DNA of 64,000 bases, taken from contig NC_090404.1 of the NCBI RefSeq assembly GCF_036365525.1, positions 4,092,001 to 4,156,000 on the forward strand, written 5' to 3'. This DNA comes from Heterodontus francisci. Taxonomy: Eukaryota. The notes beneath the pieces were generated by a model, which was given only the letters and a program-made list of their open reading frames with translations, searched no databases and was not told where the DNA came from. The position numbers were made by a program, and so were the translations under genes. Shown one piece after another: positions 38,748 to 51,730 of this stretch; the first letter of the stretch is position 1; each line of letters begins with the position of its first letter.

Positions 38748-39557
38748 ACAGGACCTGCGAGCTCCGGAGCCATTGTTGATATAATTGAAGGTATCGGTGT
38801 TAATTTCTTAATTTAATTTGTGCTGGATGCAAAACCATTTCATAATGCTGCTGCTTCCAGATCTATTTAAATGTGTCTGTATATTTCGTTCACGTTTCGA
38901 GTCAGTCTGTCTTCAATCTGAAAATAATTTCTGCCTGTTTATTTCCCTCTTACTTTTCATTTACACCTAAATATTATCACGGTCTTGTGTTTTATTTCTC
39001 TCTTTGGGAAATATTGTGCTGTTCCTTTAAGACTGTAAAAGAGCAGTGCATCTTTCAGGCAGTAAGTTCCGGAGGGTCAGTGAGCCAGGGTGCATTCTGA
39101 TTGCCAAACAGCAGCCACAGAGAAAGAGAGGACACGAGATTCAATGTTACAGGTTAGACTTTTAAAATTAGCCGAACAACTGTCAGAAGCGGAGCTCAGA
39201 GACAATTTAAAATGAAAAAAACTGTGTTATTTCTCTCTCAAAATTCTGCAAAGCGTCAAGCCGAATTAATTCTATAAAAAATAAGAAAAGGCTTCTTCTT
39301 TCACAACAAGTTATTGATATCTGCTGTGTTCATCGCTGGAAAAAAAAGAAGAGGTTAATGCAACAACTGCCGAACTGCTGAACCTTTATATTTGAGGTAT
39401 CCTTTTTCTCATGGGACCATGGAAGACTGCAAGTGAATTTTGACTGCAGTGTATTGGAAGTCGTAAGAATCGTAACTTACAGAGACTTGTTTATTTGTTC
39501 TATTTCTGAGAGGAAGATACACTTACAAATCAACAATCTTTTAAAACCGATTTTCTG

Positions 39558-42500
39558 GAATCATAGAGTGATAGAGCACAGAAGCAGGCTCTTCGGCCCA
39601 TCTTGTCCACGTCGGCCATCAAGCACCTATCCATTCTAATCCTATTTCCCACCATATGGCCCATAGCCTTGTATGCTATGGCGTTTCAAGTGCTCATCAA
39701 AATACACACTGCAACCTCACAGCTCTAGGGACCCGGGTTCGATTCTGAGTACTGCCTGTGTGTAGTTTGCAAGTGCTCCCTGTGTCTGCGTGGGTTTCCT
39801 CTGGGTGCTCCGGTTTCCTCCCACATGCCAAAGCCTTGCAGGTTGATAGGTTAATTGGCCATTATAAGTTTCCCTTAGTATAGGTAGGTGACAGGGAAAT
39901 ATATAGGGACAGGTGGGGATGTGGTAGGAATATGGGATTAGTGTAGGATTAGTAAAAATGGGTGGTTGATGGTCGGCACAGACTCGGTGGGCCGAAGAGC
40001 CTGTTTCAGTGCTGTATCTCTAAACTAAACTAAACTTCGCAAATGTTGTGAGGGTTCATGCCTCCACCAAAATTTCAGGCAGTGTGTTCCAGATTCCAAC
40101 CGCACTCTGGGTGGTTTGTTTTCCTCAAATCCCATCTAAGCCTCCTTCCCCTTATCTTTAATCAATGCCCACTGGTTATTGACACCTCTGCTGAGGGAAA
40201 TCGTTTCTTCCTATCTCCCCAAACTATGCCCCTCATAACTTTCTACCCCTCAATCAAGTCCCCCCTCAGACTTCCCTGCGCTTAGGAAAACAACCCTAGC
40301 CTATCCACTCTCTCTTCACTGCTCAAATGCTCCAGCCCAGGCAACATCCTGGTGAGGCTCCTCTGCACCCTCTCCAGAGCAATCACATCCTTCCGATAGT
40401 GTAGCGACCAGAAGTGTACAGAGTACTCCAGCTGTGGCCTAAATAGTGTTTTATACAACTCCATCATAACTTCCCTGCTCTTATATTCTATGCCTCGCAT
40501 AATATAGGCAAATATCCCAAATGCCTTCCTAACCACCTTATCTACCTGTGCTGCTGCCTTCAGTCTTCAGTGATACATGGACAAGTCCGCCAAGGCCCTT
40601 GTGACTCTCTGTACTTCCTAGGGACCTACAACACATTGCATATTCTCCTGCCTTGTTAGTCCTCCCAAAATGCATCTCAGGATTAAATTATATTTGCCAC
40701 TGCTCTGCTGATCTTATCAGCCCATATATATCGTCCTGTAATCTAATGCTATCCTCCTCACTATTTACAACACCACCAATTTTCGTGTCATCTACAAATT
40801 TACTGATCATACCTCCTATATTCACGTCTAAATCATTAATGTACACCACAAACAGCAAGGGTCCCAGCCCCGATTCCTGTGGTACACCACTGGTCACAGG
40901 CTCCCAATCGCAAAAACCACCAACCACAACCCTCTGCCTCTTGTCACTGAGCCAATCTTGGATCCAATTTGCCAAATTATCCTGGATCCCATGGGCTCTT
41001 ATCTTCTTTCCCAATCTCCCTTGCGGGACCTTATCAAAAGCCTTACTGAAGCCCATGTAGACTACATCAACTGCTTTAACCTCATCGACACACCTAGTGA
41101 CCTCCTAGAAAAATTCCATCAAATTTGTTAGACACGATCTCCCTCTGACAAATCCATGCTGACTATCCCTTATTAATCACTGCCTCTCCAAGTGTAGTTT
41201 AATCCTGTACATCAGAACACTTTCCAAACGTTTCCCAACGACTGGTGATGGACTCACTTTCCTGCAAGGACCTAGTTTATCCCTACTTCCCTTCTTGAAT
41301 AATGATACCTCATTCACTGTCCCCCAGTCCTCTGGCACTTCTCTTGTGGCCAGAGAGGTTTTGAAAATTTGTGTCAGAGCCCCAGTAATCTCCTCGCTTG
41401 TCTCACAAATCAGCCTGGGTTACATCTCATCTGGGTCTGGGGATTTATCCACTTTAAAGCCCACTAAAACCGTTCATACCTCCTCCCTTTCAATGCTAAT
41501 TTGTTCAAGTATATCACAATCCCCCTCCCTGATCTTTTCACCTTCATCGTCCTTTTCCAATGTGAACACAGATGGAAAGTAATCATTTAAAACCTCACCT
41601 ACATCTTCCAGCTCCACACACAGATTGCTGCTTCGGTCCTTAATGGGCACTACTCGTTCCCTGATTATTCTCTTGCCATAAATATACTTATAAAACGCTT
41701 TGGGATATTCCTTTATCTTGCCCACCCGTGTGTTTTTCATGCCGCCTCTTCCCTCTCCAATTTTTTTTTAACTGCACCCCGACACTTCCTCTCCTCCTCG
41801 AGGGCCTCCACAGCTTTCAGCTCTCTGAATATGCCGTTGGGCTCCTTTTGTTTTCCTTATTCAATCCTCTATATCACTTGACATCTTGGGATCCCTAGAC
41901 TTATTGGTCCTACCCTTTACCTTTACTAGAATATGTTGGCTCTGAACTCTCACTATTTCCTTTTTGAATGACTCTGATATATTCTTTTCTGAAAGTAGCT
42001 GATCCCAGTCCAATTTGACCAGGTCCTGTTTTATAATATTTGAAAGCGGCCTTCCCCCAGTTCAGTACCATTATTTCCGGTCCATCTTTGTCCTTTTCCA
42101 TAACTACCTTAAATCTTACAGAGTCCTATCCCCGACATGCTTCCCCACTGACGCTTCTACCAATTTGGTGGCTTCATTTTTGAAGCGCAGGGCGGCACAG
42201 TGGCGCAGTGGTTAGCACTGCAGCCTCACAGCTCCAGGAACCCGGGTTCGATTCTGGGTACTGCCTGTGTGGAGTTTGCAAGTTCTCCCTGTGTCTGCGT
42301 GGGTTTTCTCCGGGTGCTCCGGTTTCCTCCCACAAGCCAAAAGACTTGCAGGTTGGTAGGTAAATTGGCCATTATAAATTGTCACTAGTATAGGTAGGTG
42401 GTAGGGAAATATAGGGACAGGTGGGGATGTTTGGTAGGAATATGGGATTAGTGTAGGATTAGTATAAATGGGTGGTTGATGGTCGGCACAGACTCGGTGG

Positions 42501-42780
42501 GCCGAAGGGCCTGTTTCAGTGCTGTATCTCTAATCTAATCTAATCCTGCATGGCCCCTTCTCTTGAAGGACGTTCTACGTGCTGGCGAACAAAGATCTCA
42601 CAGATGCACTTTAAGAATTACGCCCCCTTTAAACCTTTTTCACTGAGACTATCTCAGCTAATATTGTGGAAGTTGAAATACCCTACAATTATTACCCTAT
42701 TATTTTTACACCTCTCTGAGATTTGCTGACATATCTGCTCCTTTATCTCTCCGTGGCTGTTTGGAGGCCTGGAGTGCACT
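39558..42780 (-). mobile_element. CR1 LINE remnant with two HE1-like SINE insertions (39707-40035, 42189-42545)
   Basis: RT motifs in ORFs 40282-41056; SINE heads and tails visible. Confidence 0.9.
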
Positions 42781-44110
42781 TGGGGGTACTCATTCAAGGA
42801 ATGCACAAAATTAATATGCAAGTGCAGCAGGCGATTAGGAAAGCAAATGGAATGTTGGCCTTTATTACAAGGGGGTGGAAATACAGGAAGAAAGAAGTCT
42901 TACTGAAACACTGTCTGCATTTTTGGTCTCCACATTTAAGAAAGGAATTTTTTATTCGTTACATGGGATGTGGGCGACGCTGGTCAGGCCAGCATTTATT
43001 GCCCATCCCTAATTGCCCTTGAGAAGGTGGTGGTGAGATGCCTTCTTCAACCGCTGCAGTCCATGTGCGGGTCGGTACGCACAGTGCTATTAGGAAGGGA
43101 GTTCCAGGTTTTGATGCAGCGACAGTGAAGGAACAGCGATCTCGTTCGAAGTCAGGGTGGTGTATGGCTTGGAGGGGATCTTGCAGGTGGTGGTGTTCCC
43201 AACCATTGCTGCCCTTGTCCTTCTAGGTGGTAGAGGTCGCCGGTTTGGAAGGGTTAGGGTTTTCCCCCTGATTCCCATTGATTCCAGTTTTACTAGGGCT
43301 CCTTGGTGTCGTTCTCGGTCAAATGTTGCCTTGATGTCAAGGGCAATCACTCTCACCTCACCTCGAGAGTTCAGCTCTTTTGTCCATGTTTGAACCAAGG
43401 CTGTAATGAGGTCTGGAACTGAGTGGCCCTGGCGGAACCCAAACTGAGCGTCACTGAGCAGGTCACTGCTGAGCAAGTGCCGCTTGATGGCACTGTCAAT
43501 GCACTAGTAATCCAGAAACGCAGGGTATTCCCTTATGGGGAGGAGTTCGAATCCCACCATGGCAGAAAGTGGACTCAAAGCAAAATACTGCGGATGCTCG
43601 AAATCTGAAATAAAAACAAGAAATGCTGGAACCACTCAGCAGGTCGGGCAGCATCTGTGGAGAGAGAAGCAGAGTTAACGTTAAGGGACACTGACTATGA
43701 TGAGAGGTTGAGTAAATTGGCCGATATTCTCTGGAGTTTAGAAGAATGAGAGGTCTTCTAATTGACAGGGTGGAAGCTGAGAGATGGTTTTCACTGGTCA
43801 GGGAATGCAGAAAACTGGGACACAGCCTCAGGATAAGGGACCAATCATTCAGGCGTCAGATGAGGAGAAATTACTACACTCAAAGCTTTGTGAATGGTTG
43901 GAATTCTCGACCACAGAGGGTTGTGGATGCTCCATTATTGCATACATTTAAGGCTGGGATAGATAGTTGTTTGGCTTCGCAAGGATTCAAAGGGTATGGG
44001 GAGTGGCAGGAAAGTGGCGTTGAAGTCCAAGATCAGCCATGATCGTTTTAAATGGCGGAGCAGTCTCGATGGACCATATGATCTACTTCTGCTCCTATTG
44101 CTTGTGTTCT
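42780..44110. mobile_element. Mosaic of CR1, second LINE family (42950-43500, minus), SINE head and Penelope terminal repeat
   Basis: QFGFRQGHS..ALDIKATFDR RT motif; CR1 tail at about 44100. Confidence 0.75.
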
Positions 44111-44384
44111 TGTGGGAGCTCCCTTGGGCAGTGGTATTTGGCAAATAACCCTCTGGCTGGGTAATCTTTTGCAAGTTTCGATTGGATGCTGCTTTAATGC
44201 AACTGATGCATTTAAAACTTGCCTCCTCCCAACTGAATAGAATCCCGCAAGTGTTGTTGTCGAGAGTTGTCGTCATTTGCAATTTCAGTGAGATCTTTGT
44301 TTCACAGCAGAGGCTGCTTATCGGTGTGACAGCGCCCTCTGGTGAGCACTAATCGGAACTCTCATTCTGGAGTTTTTGTCGAGA

Positions 44385-46655
44385 ACATCGGAGCAGGAGC
44401 AGTCCATGCAGCCAATCGAGCCGACTCCGCCATTCAACACGATCTTGGCAGATCATCCACTTCAACGGCTTTTCCCACGCTATCTCCCCTTTATGCCATT
44501 GACGTCTAGAAATCATGTTAATGATTGCTTTAAATATCCTCATTGACTGCGTTTCCACAAACCTATGGGGTAGAGAATTCCAAAGATTCACAACCCTCTG
44601 AGTAATGACATTTCTCCTCATCTCTGCCTGAAGTGGTTTCACCCTTATTTTGAAATTGTGCCCCCTGGTTCTAGATCCCCCAACAAGGGGAAACATCTTA
44701 CCTGCATCTACCCTGTCTATCCCCTTAAGTATTTTGTAGGTTACAATGAGATCATCTCTCATTCTTCGAAACTCTAGAGAATACAGGCCCAAGTTCCCCA
44801 CACTCTTTTCATAAGGCAGTCCTGCCATCCCGGGAGCAAGCCTGGTGAGCCTCGTTGCACTCTCTCTTTGGTAATAATATCCTTCCTCAGTAAGGGAACC
44901 AAAACGGCACACAATCCTGCAGGTGATGTTTAACCGAGGTTCTATACAATTGAAGCCAGACTTCACTAGTCCCGTACTCAAAACCTCTTGCTAAAAAATG
45001 ATGAGAGATACAGCACTGAAACAGGCCCTTCGGCCCACCGAGTCTGTGCCGACCATCAACCACCCATTATTGCTAATGCTACTCTAATCCCATATTTCTA
45101 CCACATCCCCACCTGTCCCTATATTTCCCGACCACCTACCTACACTAGGGGCAATTGCTAATGGCCAATTTACCTGTCAACCTGCAAGTCTTTGGCATGT
45201 GGGAGGAAACCGGAGCACCCGGAGGAAACCCACGCAAACACAGGGAGAACATGCAAACTCCGCACAGGCAGTACCCAGAATTGAACCCGAGTCGCGGGAG
45301 CTGTGAGGTTGCGGTGCTAACCACTGCATTATTTAATCTCTTACTATTTAAGAAATAGTGTGCACATCTATTCCTCCTAGCAAAGTGGATAACCTCACAT
45401 TTTTCCACATTATGTCCATCTGCCACGTTCTTGCCCACTCACTCGGTCTCTCCAAATCCCCTTGAAGCCGCTTTGCATCTTCCTCACAACAGACATTCCC
45501 GTCCAGTTTTGTGTCATCCACGAACTTTGAAATATTACATTTGGTTCCCATATCTAAATCATTGACATATATTGTGAACAGCTGGAGCCTAAATACTGAT
45601 CCTCGCGGTACCTCACTAGTCACAGACTGCTAATGCGAGAATTACCCATTTATTACTACTCTCTGCTTTCAGCCTGTTAACAAATCCTTAAACTACTCCA
45701 GTATATATTACCTCCTATCGCATGTGCTTTCATTTTGCTGACCAACCTCCTGTGGGGGACTTTATCAAAACGTTCTGAAAATCCAAGTATACTATGTCCA
45801 TTGACTCTCCTTCATCACTTCTGTTAGTAATATCTTCAAAAAAACTTCTAAAGGTTCGTCAAACATGATTTCCCACTCATAAAACCATGTTTACTATGCA
45901 CAGTCTGATCATTATTATCCAAGTGTCCACTTATTACATCCGTTACAATACATTCTAGCATTTCCCTAGCACTGATGTAAGACTAACAGGTCCGTACTTC
46001 CCTGTTTTCTCTCTCCCTCCCTTCTTAAATTGTGGGGTGACATTTCTCACCTTCCAATTTGCCGGAACCATTCCAGAATCTATAGAATTTTGGAATATGA
46101 TCACCAACACTTCCACTATCTCATTGTTTCCGCTTTTAAAACACTGAGATACGAACATAGGAATTCGGAGCAGGAGTGGGCCACTCAGCCCCTCGAACCT
46201 GCTACACCATTCAATAAGTTCATGGCTGTACTGATTATTGCACATTACCACCTACCCCCGATCATCTTTCACCCCCTTGCTTATCAAGAAGCTATCTACC
46301 TCCGACTTAAACATATTAAAAGACTCTGCTTCCATTGCCTTCTGAAGAAGAGAGTTCCAAAGACTCACGACCCTCTGAGAGTACTGGGATGAGAGAGGGA
46401 TATACAATATCAGGTCCCATAGACTTATCAGCATTTAGCCCTATTAATTTCTCCAATACAACCTTCTTACTAACACCAAATTCCTTCAATTACTCATTCT
46501 CCCTAGTCCCTTGAATCTCTAAAGCTGGGAGATTTATTATACCTTCCTCAGTGAAGACTGACACAAAGTAAACATTTAGCTTCTCTACCATTTCTCTATT
46601 CCCCATTTTAAATTCACTTGAATCTGCCTGTAATGGACCCACATTTGCCTTAGCC
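44385..46655 (-). mobile_element. CR1 LINE remnant with HE1-like SINE (45003-45328, minus) and nested CR1 tail
   Basis: RT translations in ORFs 44349-44981 and 45348-45623. Confidence 0.85.
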
Positions 46656-46680
46656 TAACGAGTACGATGCATTCCTGAAG

Positions 46681-47182
46681 TAGTGCGGGGCTCATGGCGC
46701 AGAAATGCAAGGTGATGTTGGAGATCAGGGCATTGCCAATCGCTAGCTCAGTAATCTTGGCATCTTTGGTCAACATAGAAACAAACCAATTAATGATGTC
46801 GGTGTTCCTGTGTACATTCCCTCCATTAAGATGAAGCATATACTGTGCCGGCTGCCCAGCGTGCTGACTGCACCAGTACATATAAGTGTTAGAATCGTTT
46901 CTCTTTTCAAGCTACACAGTCGTGTGATGTTACTTTTCTCTTCAATTGTCATTTCAAGGACAGTCTGTTCAATTGTGTCTTGGTGGTTCAATTATAAGAG
47001 AATATCATAGTAATAGTCATGATTAGAAGCATTATCATCACCACCATCTCAGTGAACATAATTATCATCATTTGACCAATAATGAAACCTAGGTTGCAGC
47101 AGGGAAAATGCATTTTTGCGTGAAAGGAAACATGACAGTAAAGTAATTTAATGATGATTAACAGTGGGAGCCTGTTCCACAT
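46681..47182 (-). pseudogene. TRAV/TRDV: TCR alpha/delta-type V pseudogene 1 (leader 47137-47182, V ~46688-46991)
   Basis: Leader MWNRLPLLIIIKLLY + GT; V DTIEQT..RLC..[frameshift]..YMYWCSQ..PAQYML..LHFCAMSP; acceptor lost, heptamer CGCACTA, nonamer replaced by CR1. Confidence 0.82.
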
Positions 47183-47629
47183 GATGCTTTCTGAGTCTGT
47201 AACTCTGCAGTCTGGAAAATCCGCTGTCTGAGCGAGCGCATTTCCTAACCCACTGACCTTCTAACTCAGCCAGTGCCAAACAGGGAACAGCGACAGCAAT
47301 CTCTCCATAAACACAGGGGAAGCAAGGCGGCTCAGAGCCAGAGCAACTGAAGGTTTGAGGGCGGGGCTGCCGCGGGGGCAGTGTTGACACACGGAGGATT
47401 CATTTGTAAGGAACTGAATTCATTCATAATGTCGCAATCTGAAATTGTATAACTCTGCCTGTCTCTAAGAGTTGTTTTACTTGCGTAATTATTGCACATT
47501 CGCTACAAGCAGGCTTGCGATATGAAAGACAGAATTGTTATATTATTTACAAGTTACCGAAATCTTCATCAGTGAAGTGCGTTAAAACTCGGGTGGGAAT
47601 GTAACGGTGGGAAATGGAATGAAATGGTA

Positions 47630-48175
47630 ATAAAAGCAAAATACTGCAAATGTTGGAAATCTAATAGGACAAGGTCACAGAAAATAACTGAGCAGCAGGT
47701 CATGGACCAAAGGCAGCGGTATGTTACTGGTGTGGTCACATACAAGCGTTAGTGCAGAGAGGGTGCACATTGACAGAAAATGAACAGCCCTGACCCCAAG
47801 CACAAGCATGAAAAAAACTGAGTAGGCACAATAGAAACAAATGAAGCAAATTAAAATAAAGGAAAAGAAACAAATAACAAAGAAAAAAGAAAAAATAACT
47901 AAGAATAAAAATTAAAAGGTGGGTCCGTCATGCACTGAAATTTTTGAACTCTATGTTCAGTCCGGCAGGCTGTAGTGTGCCGAATCGGTAAATGAGATGC
48001 TGTTCCTCGAGCTTGCGTTGATGTTCACTGGAACACTGCAGCCATCCCAGGACAGAGATGTGGGCATGAGAACAGGGGGTGAATTGAAATGGACAGCAAC
48101 CGGAATCTCGGGGTCATGCTTTGGGACTGAGTGGAGGTGTTCCGCAAAGCGGTCACCCAATCTGCGTTCAGTCTC
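47630..48175 (-). mobile_element. Penelope-like element 3' fragment
   Basis: GDRFAEHLHSV..PVAVHFNS GIY-YIG C-terminal motif plus terminal repeat. Confidence 0.8.
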
Positions 48176-48498
48176 CTCGACATTGGGGACGGAAGTGGCT
48201 GTTCAGAGAGGTAGAAATGGACGGGAGAAGAAATTCCAGCCGTTCTAATAACAACTCGGCGCTGTTTCTTCCTTTCCAGGTTCTTTAAGGTCGCAGTCTC
48301 TGTTTCTGAAGTTAGGACTGGAACCGCCGAGATTAAACTCTGCCTGACACCGCTTATTGTCCTGATCACAGGTCGGTACCATTATCGACTCCCTGCAACA
48401 TTCGCCAATCATCATTAAATTTCCCATCTCCAGCTGCGGGTCACTTTCACTTTATTATACTTCATCTAACATGCTGTGTGTCCGCTGTTTATTTTCAG

Positions 48499-48805
48499 AG
48501 ATGGGTAACAGAGACTCAGGGCTCCAGTAAGAACAAGGAGTTGGATCAGTAAATTTAGCAATAATCTATAGTTGTTCTGCATGGTTTCACTTGCCAGCTG
48601 TAATCTGTTCTGGTATCACCAGTATCCACACCAAGCTCCTTAGTATCTGTTCAGAACCGATAGTCACGAAAATAAGGAAACGGCTCCCGGTTTTGAACAC
48701 TTCAGCGGTAATCTCAACCGGATGCAAGGCACTTTTCTCCTGCCTATGAAAGGCTTGAGGATCACAGACAACGACTATTATTACTGCACCATAAGACCCA
48801 CAGTG
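48499..48805 (+). pseudogene. TRAV/TRDV: TCR alpha/delta-type V pseudogene 2
   Basis: ttttcAG acceptor; RDSGLQ*..NLFWYHQYPHQAP*YLFR..FSGNL..LRITDNDYYYCTIRP; CACAGTG 48799-48805, nonamer decayed; possible leader remnant ending about 48371. Confidence 0.82.
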
Positions 48806-49682
48806 AATAAGATTCCTCGAGCAGAACACAGGTCGGCATTAAGGGTGGGCGCCAAGTAAATACAAGGGATTGAATCCCAGAGAGTTTGCACAGAAAATGA
48901 AGGGAATATGCACTTTTTCCGAGCTGTTTTCTCAGTCAGTGCTCTCACCGTTGTGAAATGTAACATTTTTGCAGCATTTGAATCCAGGGTCAAATTCAGA
49001 TATTCCCAGCTACCTGTTAACAATGACTTGCAGATCTCTGGGATGAATAACAGGATCGATCTGTCCAAGTAACATATCCGTCAGGCCACATCTTGCAAAG
49101 TTTCTGGAATTGCATTGGTAACAAAAGCGGCTGAATGAAATCATCACTTTACTGGTACAAGTTGAACATAAGTGATACCGCACACCGATTTGAAGAGGAG
49201 TGGCTACTTATAATGTCCCTGATAGCCTTAGGACTGTAGCAATGATGTTCATGGTCGGGAGGGTATTCATTCATACCAGGGCTTGAGAGCAAATCGAATT
49301 ATTTCACCTTAATTAGAGAGAGATCTATTTCTCATATAACATAAAGATATCCAGTTAGACAACAATGGAGACAAAGTGAGAAAGAAGCAGAAAGACTGAC
49401 AACGAGATAAAGAACAAGCGACTGAGACAGGGAGAAAGACGCACAAACGTATTCAGGGAAGAAAGTATTGGTGAGACACAGCAGTAATTAGTCCTCAACG
49501 AACCTGATTGGTTCACAGTTGACATAATATCTGAGCCACCAGCCAACGTAACCCAGAGAAACACCCGTCCGTTTTCCAATAAGTGAATTCTGCCTCGATC
49601 AAAGGTCATTCTTCAATATCGGATTGGAAAATTAACAATTAAAGCATTCTGCTATTTTCAGTCGAACGCTAAACCAGACAGC

Positions 49683-50149
49683 ATGTGCTTCCTACGTTTC
49701 TTACTGATGATACTGGTCTTGTTGTCGGGTGAACCTATGTTTAAAAGAAAAGTGTGTCCTCCATTGGTTATATTCAGTCTTCTAATTTCGACTTCTGTGT
49801 ATTGTTACAGGAATGAGTGGTGACGATTCAGTGTCCCTGGACCCACTTGAATTAACGGTTCAGGAAAGACGGGCGGTAATTCTGAACTTTAGTTACACGA
49901 CAGCGTAGCCTGACTTAAATCTTTTCTTGTACATGCAGTATCTGAGGGAAGCTCCGAGATTTTACTGAGAACATGCAGCATGGTCCAGGGGGATAAATCT
50001 CCAGATTTTCCAGATTCTGGTGAATTGGACAAAGAAAAGAAAACAGTTCCTTCAAAAGTCGACGGGGCTCTTGTCTCTGACTCTGCGGTGCGTTACTGTG
50101 TCCTCCGCCTCACACTGTCAGAGGAGCGCAGTCTGTCAGTACAAACATG
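49683..50149 (+). pseudogene. TRAV/TRDV: TCR alpha/delta-type V pseudogene 3 (leader 49683-49728, V 49811-50110, RSS 50111-50149)
   Basis: MCFLRFLLMILVLLS; DDSVSLDP..YTTA*..frameshift..VSDSAVRYCVLR; CACACTG-23-ACAAACATG. Confidence 0.88.
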
Positions 50150-51440
50150 TCAAAGGACTCTCACCTCCTCTCACTGAATCTGGATTGTTATCTGATAATG
50201 GAACACAAACCAAACTATGGAGATAAACACATGGGTCAATTTATAGATGGGTAGTTCATTAAACAGTTAGAAAGATAAATGGACAGTCTCCTCGCCTTCA
50301 CTTTCTCCTTCAATGATCTCTTCCTCCTTTGTTTGAAAGTATCCTGCTGCTGCAGACAAGCGCCTGTGAATTCCGGCTGTGGGGTCTGTGAGTATAAAGC
50401 TCAGTGTGTTTCACAGCTCAGTAACGGGTTGGTTCTTGTTCGTTTGGGAGCTGAATGATGAGATAGTTGGACATTAGCACTTCAGTCATCACTCCGATTG
50501 CCCGACTGCAACATAACCAAGAGGTGGATCGGATCATGAAGAATATAAAACAGTTAACTCTGGATATAACTTTAAATTAAACTGCGGAATTATAGCTTAG
50601 GGACACGGGTTCAAACTATGAAAGGTCATTTCAGGACCGGTATCAGGAAATTCTTCAGCAATCAATGCGTGGAATCAAGTTCCAGATGCAACAGAAGATG
50701 GTCAAACCTGGGAATAATTTCATAAAATGATGGATATTCCAAAGGCGAAGGTTGGAGCAGGATGGGGTTGGAGGCATGTTGGTGTTAAACAGTCTATCCT
50801 AAGAGTGGCAGAATTCCAACTCCCGCCCTGCATGATCCTGTGATCTTGTGATCAATCGCAGGAGTCGGCAATTTGTTTTGGACATGCAGTCGCTTGTAGT
50901 CACCAGCAGAGGGCACTAAATGTCTTCACTGTGTTGGTGTCAATGTGGCAGCGACTGCAGCTTCAGTATTGAGTAACTTTACTGAAGAAGCGGATTGAAG
51001 AAAAGTTTCGGTAACAGAAACATTCATTTCAAATGGAAGTTGTTTTTATCAATGTCATGATGAAGGAATAAAATATTATTACTAATGGCGATATTCTGCA
51101 TTTTGTAAGAAGCCGATCACCACAGAATCACTCAGTCCATTTGTTGCGACACTCCGCCACTCTCCTCAAAGCTGTCAATTATTCCCTATTGCATTCAAGT
51201 AAAAGGTGCTGGCTGTCTCGTTTATCTGCAGAACAACTGCAAACTTGTTATGCTGGCTGTGGGAAATTCTAATGAGCAGTGCACAGCTCTTCTCGTGGAA
51301 TTCAATGGCACAGATGCCAGGACAACATGAATTATTTTCCTCATGCACCAGCCTCACAGACTGGCTCTGTTAAAGGGCCAACATTGAGTTTTAACCCCGT
51401 CCAGTTCCCTGTTGTGAGAACAATTTCCCTGTTCACTGCT

Positions 51441-51600
51441 CTGATGTCATCAATTCTGGATGAAAGGACCGAAGAGCTGATTGGATGAATTGCAGTACTA
51501 ATGCACTGAGTGATGATTGGATGAACTGGAGAATAAAGGATTTGTGATCTGATTGGACGAATTAAACAACAAAGGACCCGTGAGTTGACTGGATGTCACA
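51441..51600 (+). promoter_or_regulatory. Putative V promoter: CRE-like TGATGTCA plus inverted CCAAT boxes at 36-bp spacing
   Basis: Motifs start at 51441, 51477, 51513, 51549 and 51585. Confidence 0.55.
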
Positions 51601-51730
51601 TGCTGTCCAGGCCAGCAATGGACCTATCGGGAGAAAGGCTGGATATCGAACAGCATCTTCTAAAGGCCTGATGAAAACAATTCCAGCTTCAATCAGTTCA
51701 GTTCATATCAGCCCACAACTGTCTGAAAAC

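Noticed and set aside
39300-39510. Splice-site-like signals on the minus strand
   Set aside because: Tiny putative exons with no recognisable product; cannot be supported.
48499-48805. NARTCR-supporting V-delta or NAR V identity
   Set aside because: Leader-2 residues and a probable leader remnant are present, and no NAR V-D-J cassette is seen upstream.
51090-51357. STFYL..LSDSVV fragments resembling V FR3 (minus)
   Set aside because: No conserved Cys/Trp spacing or RSS; too weak to call.
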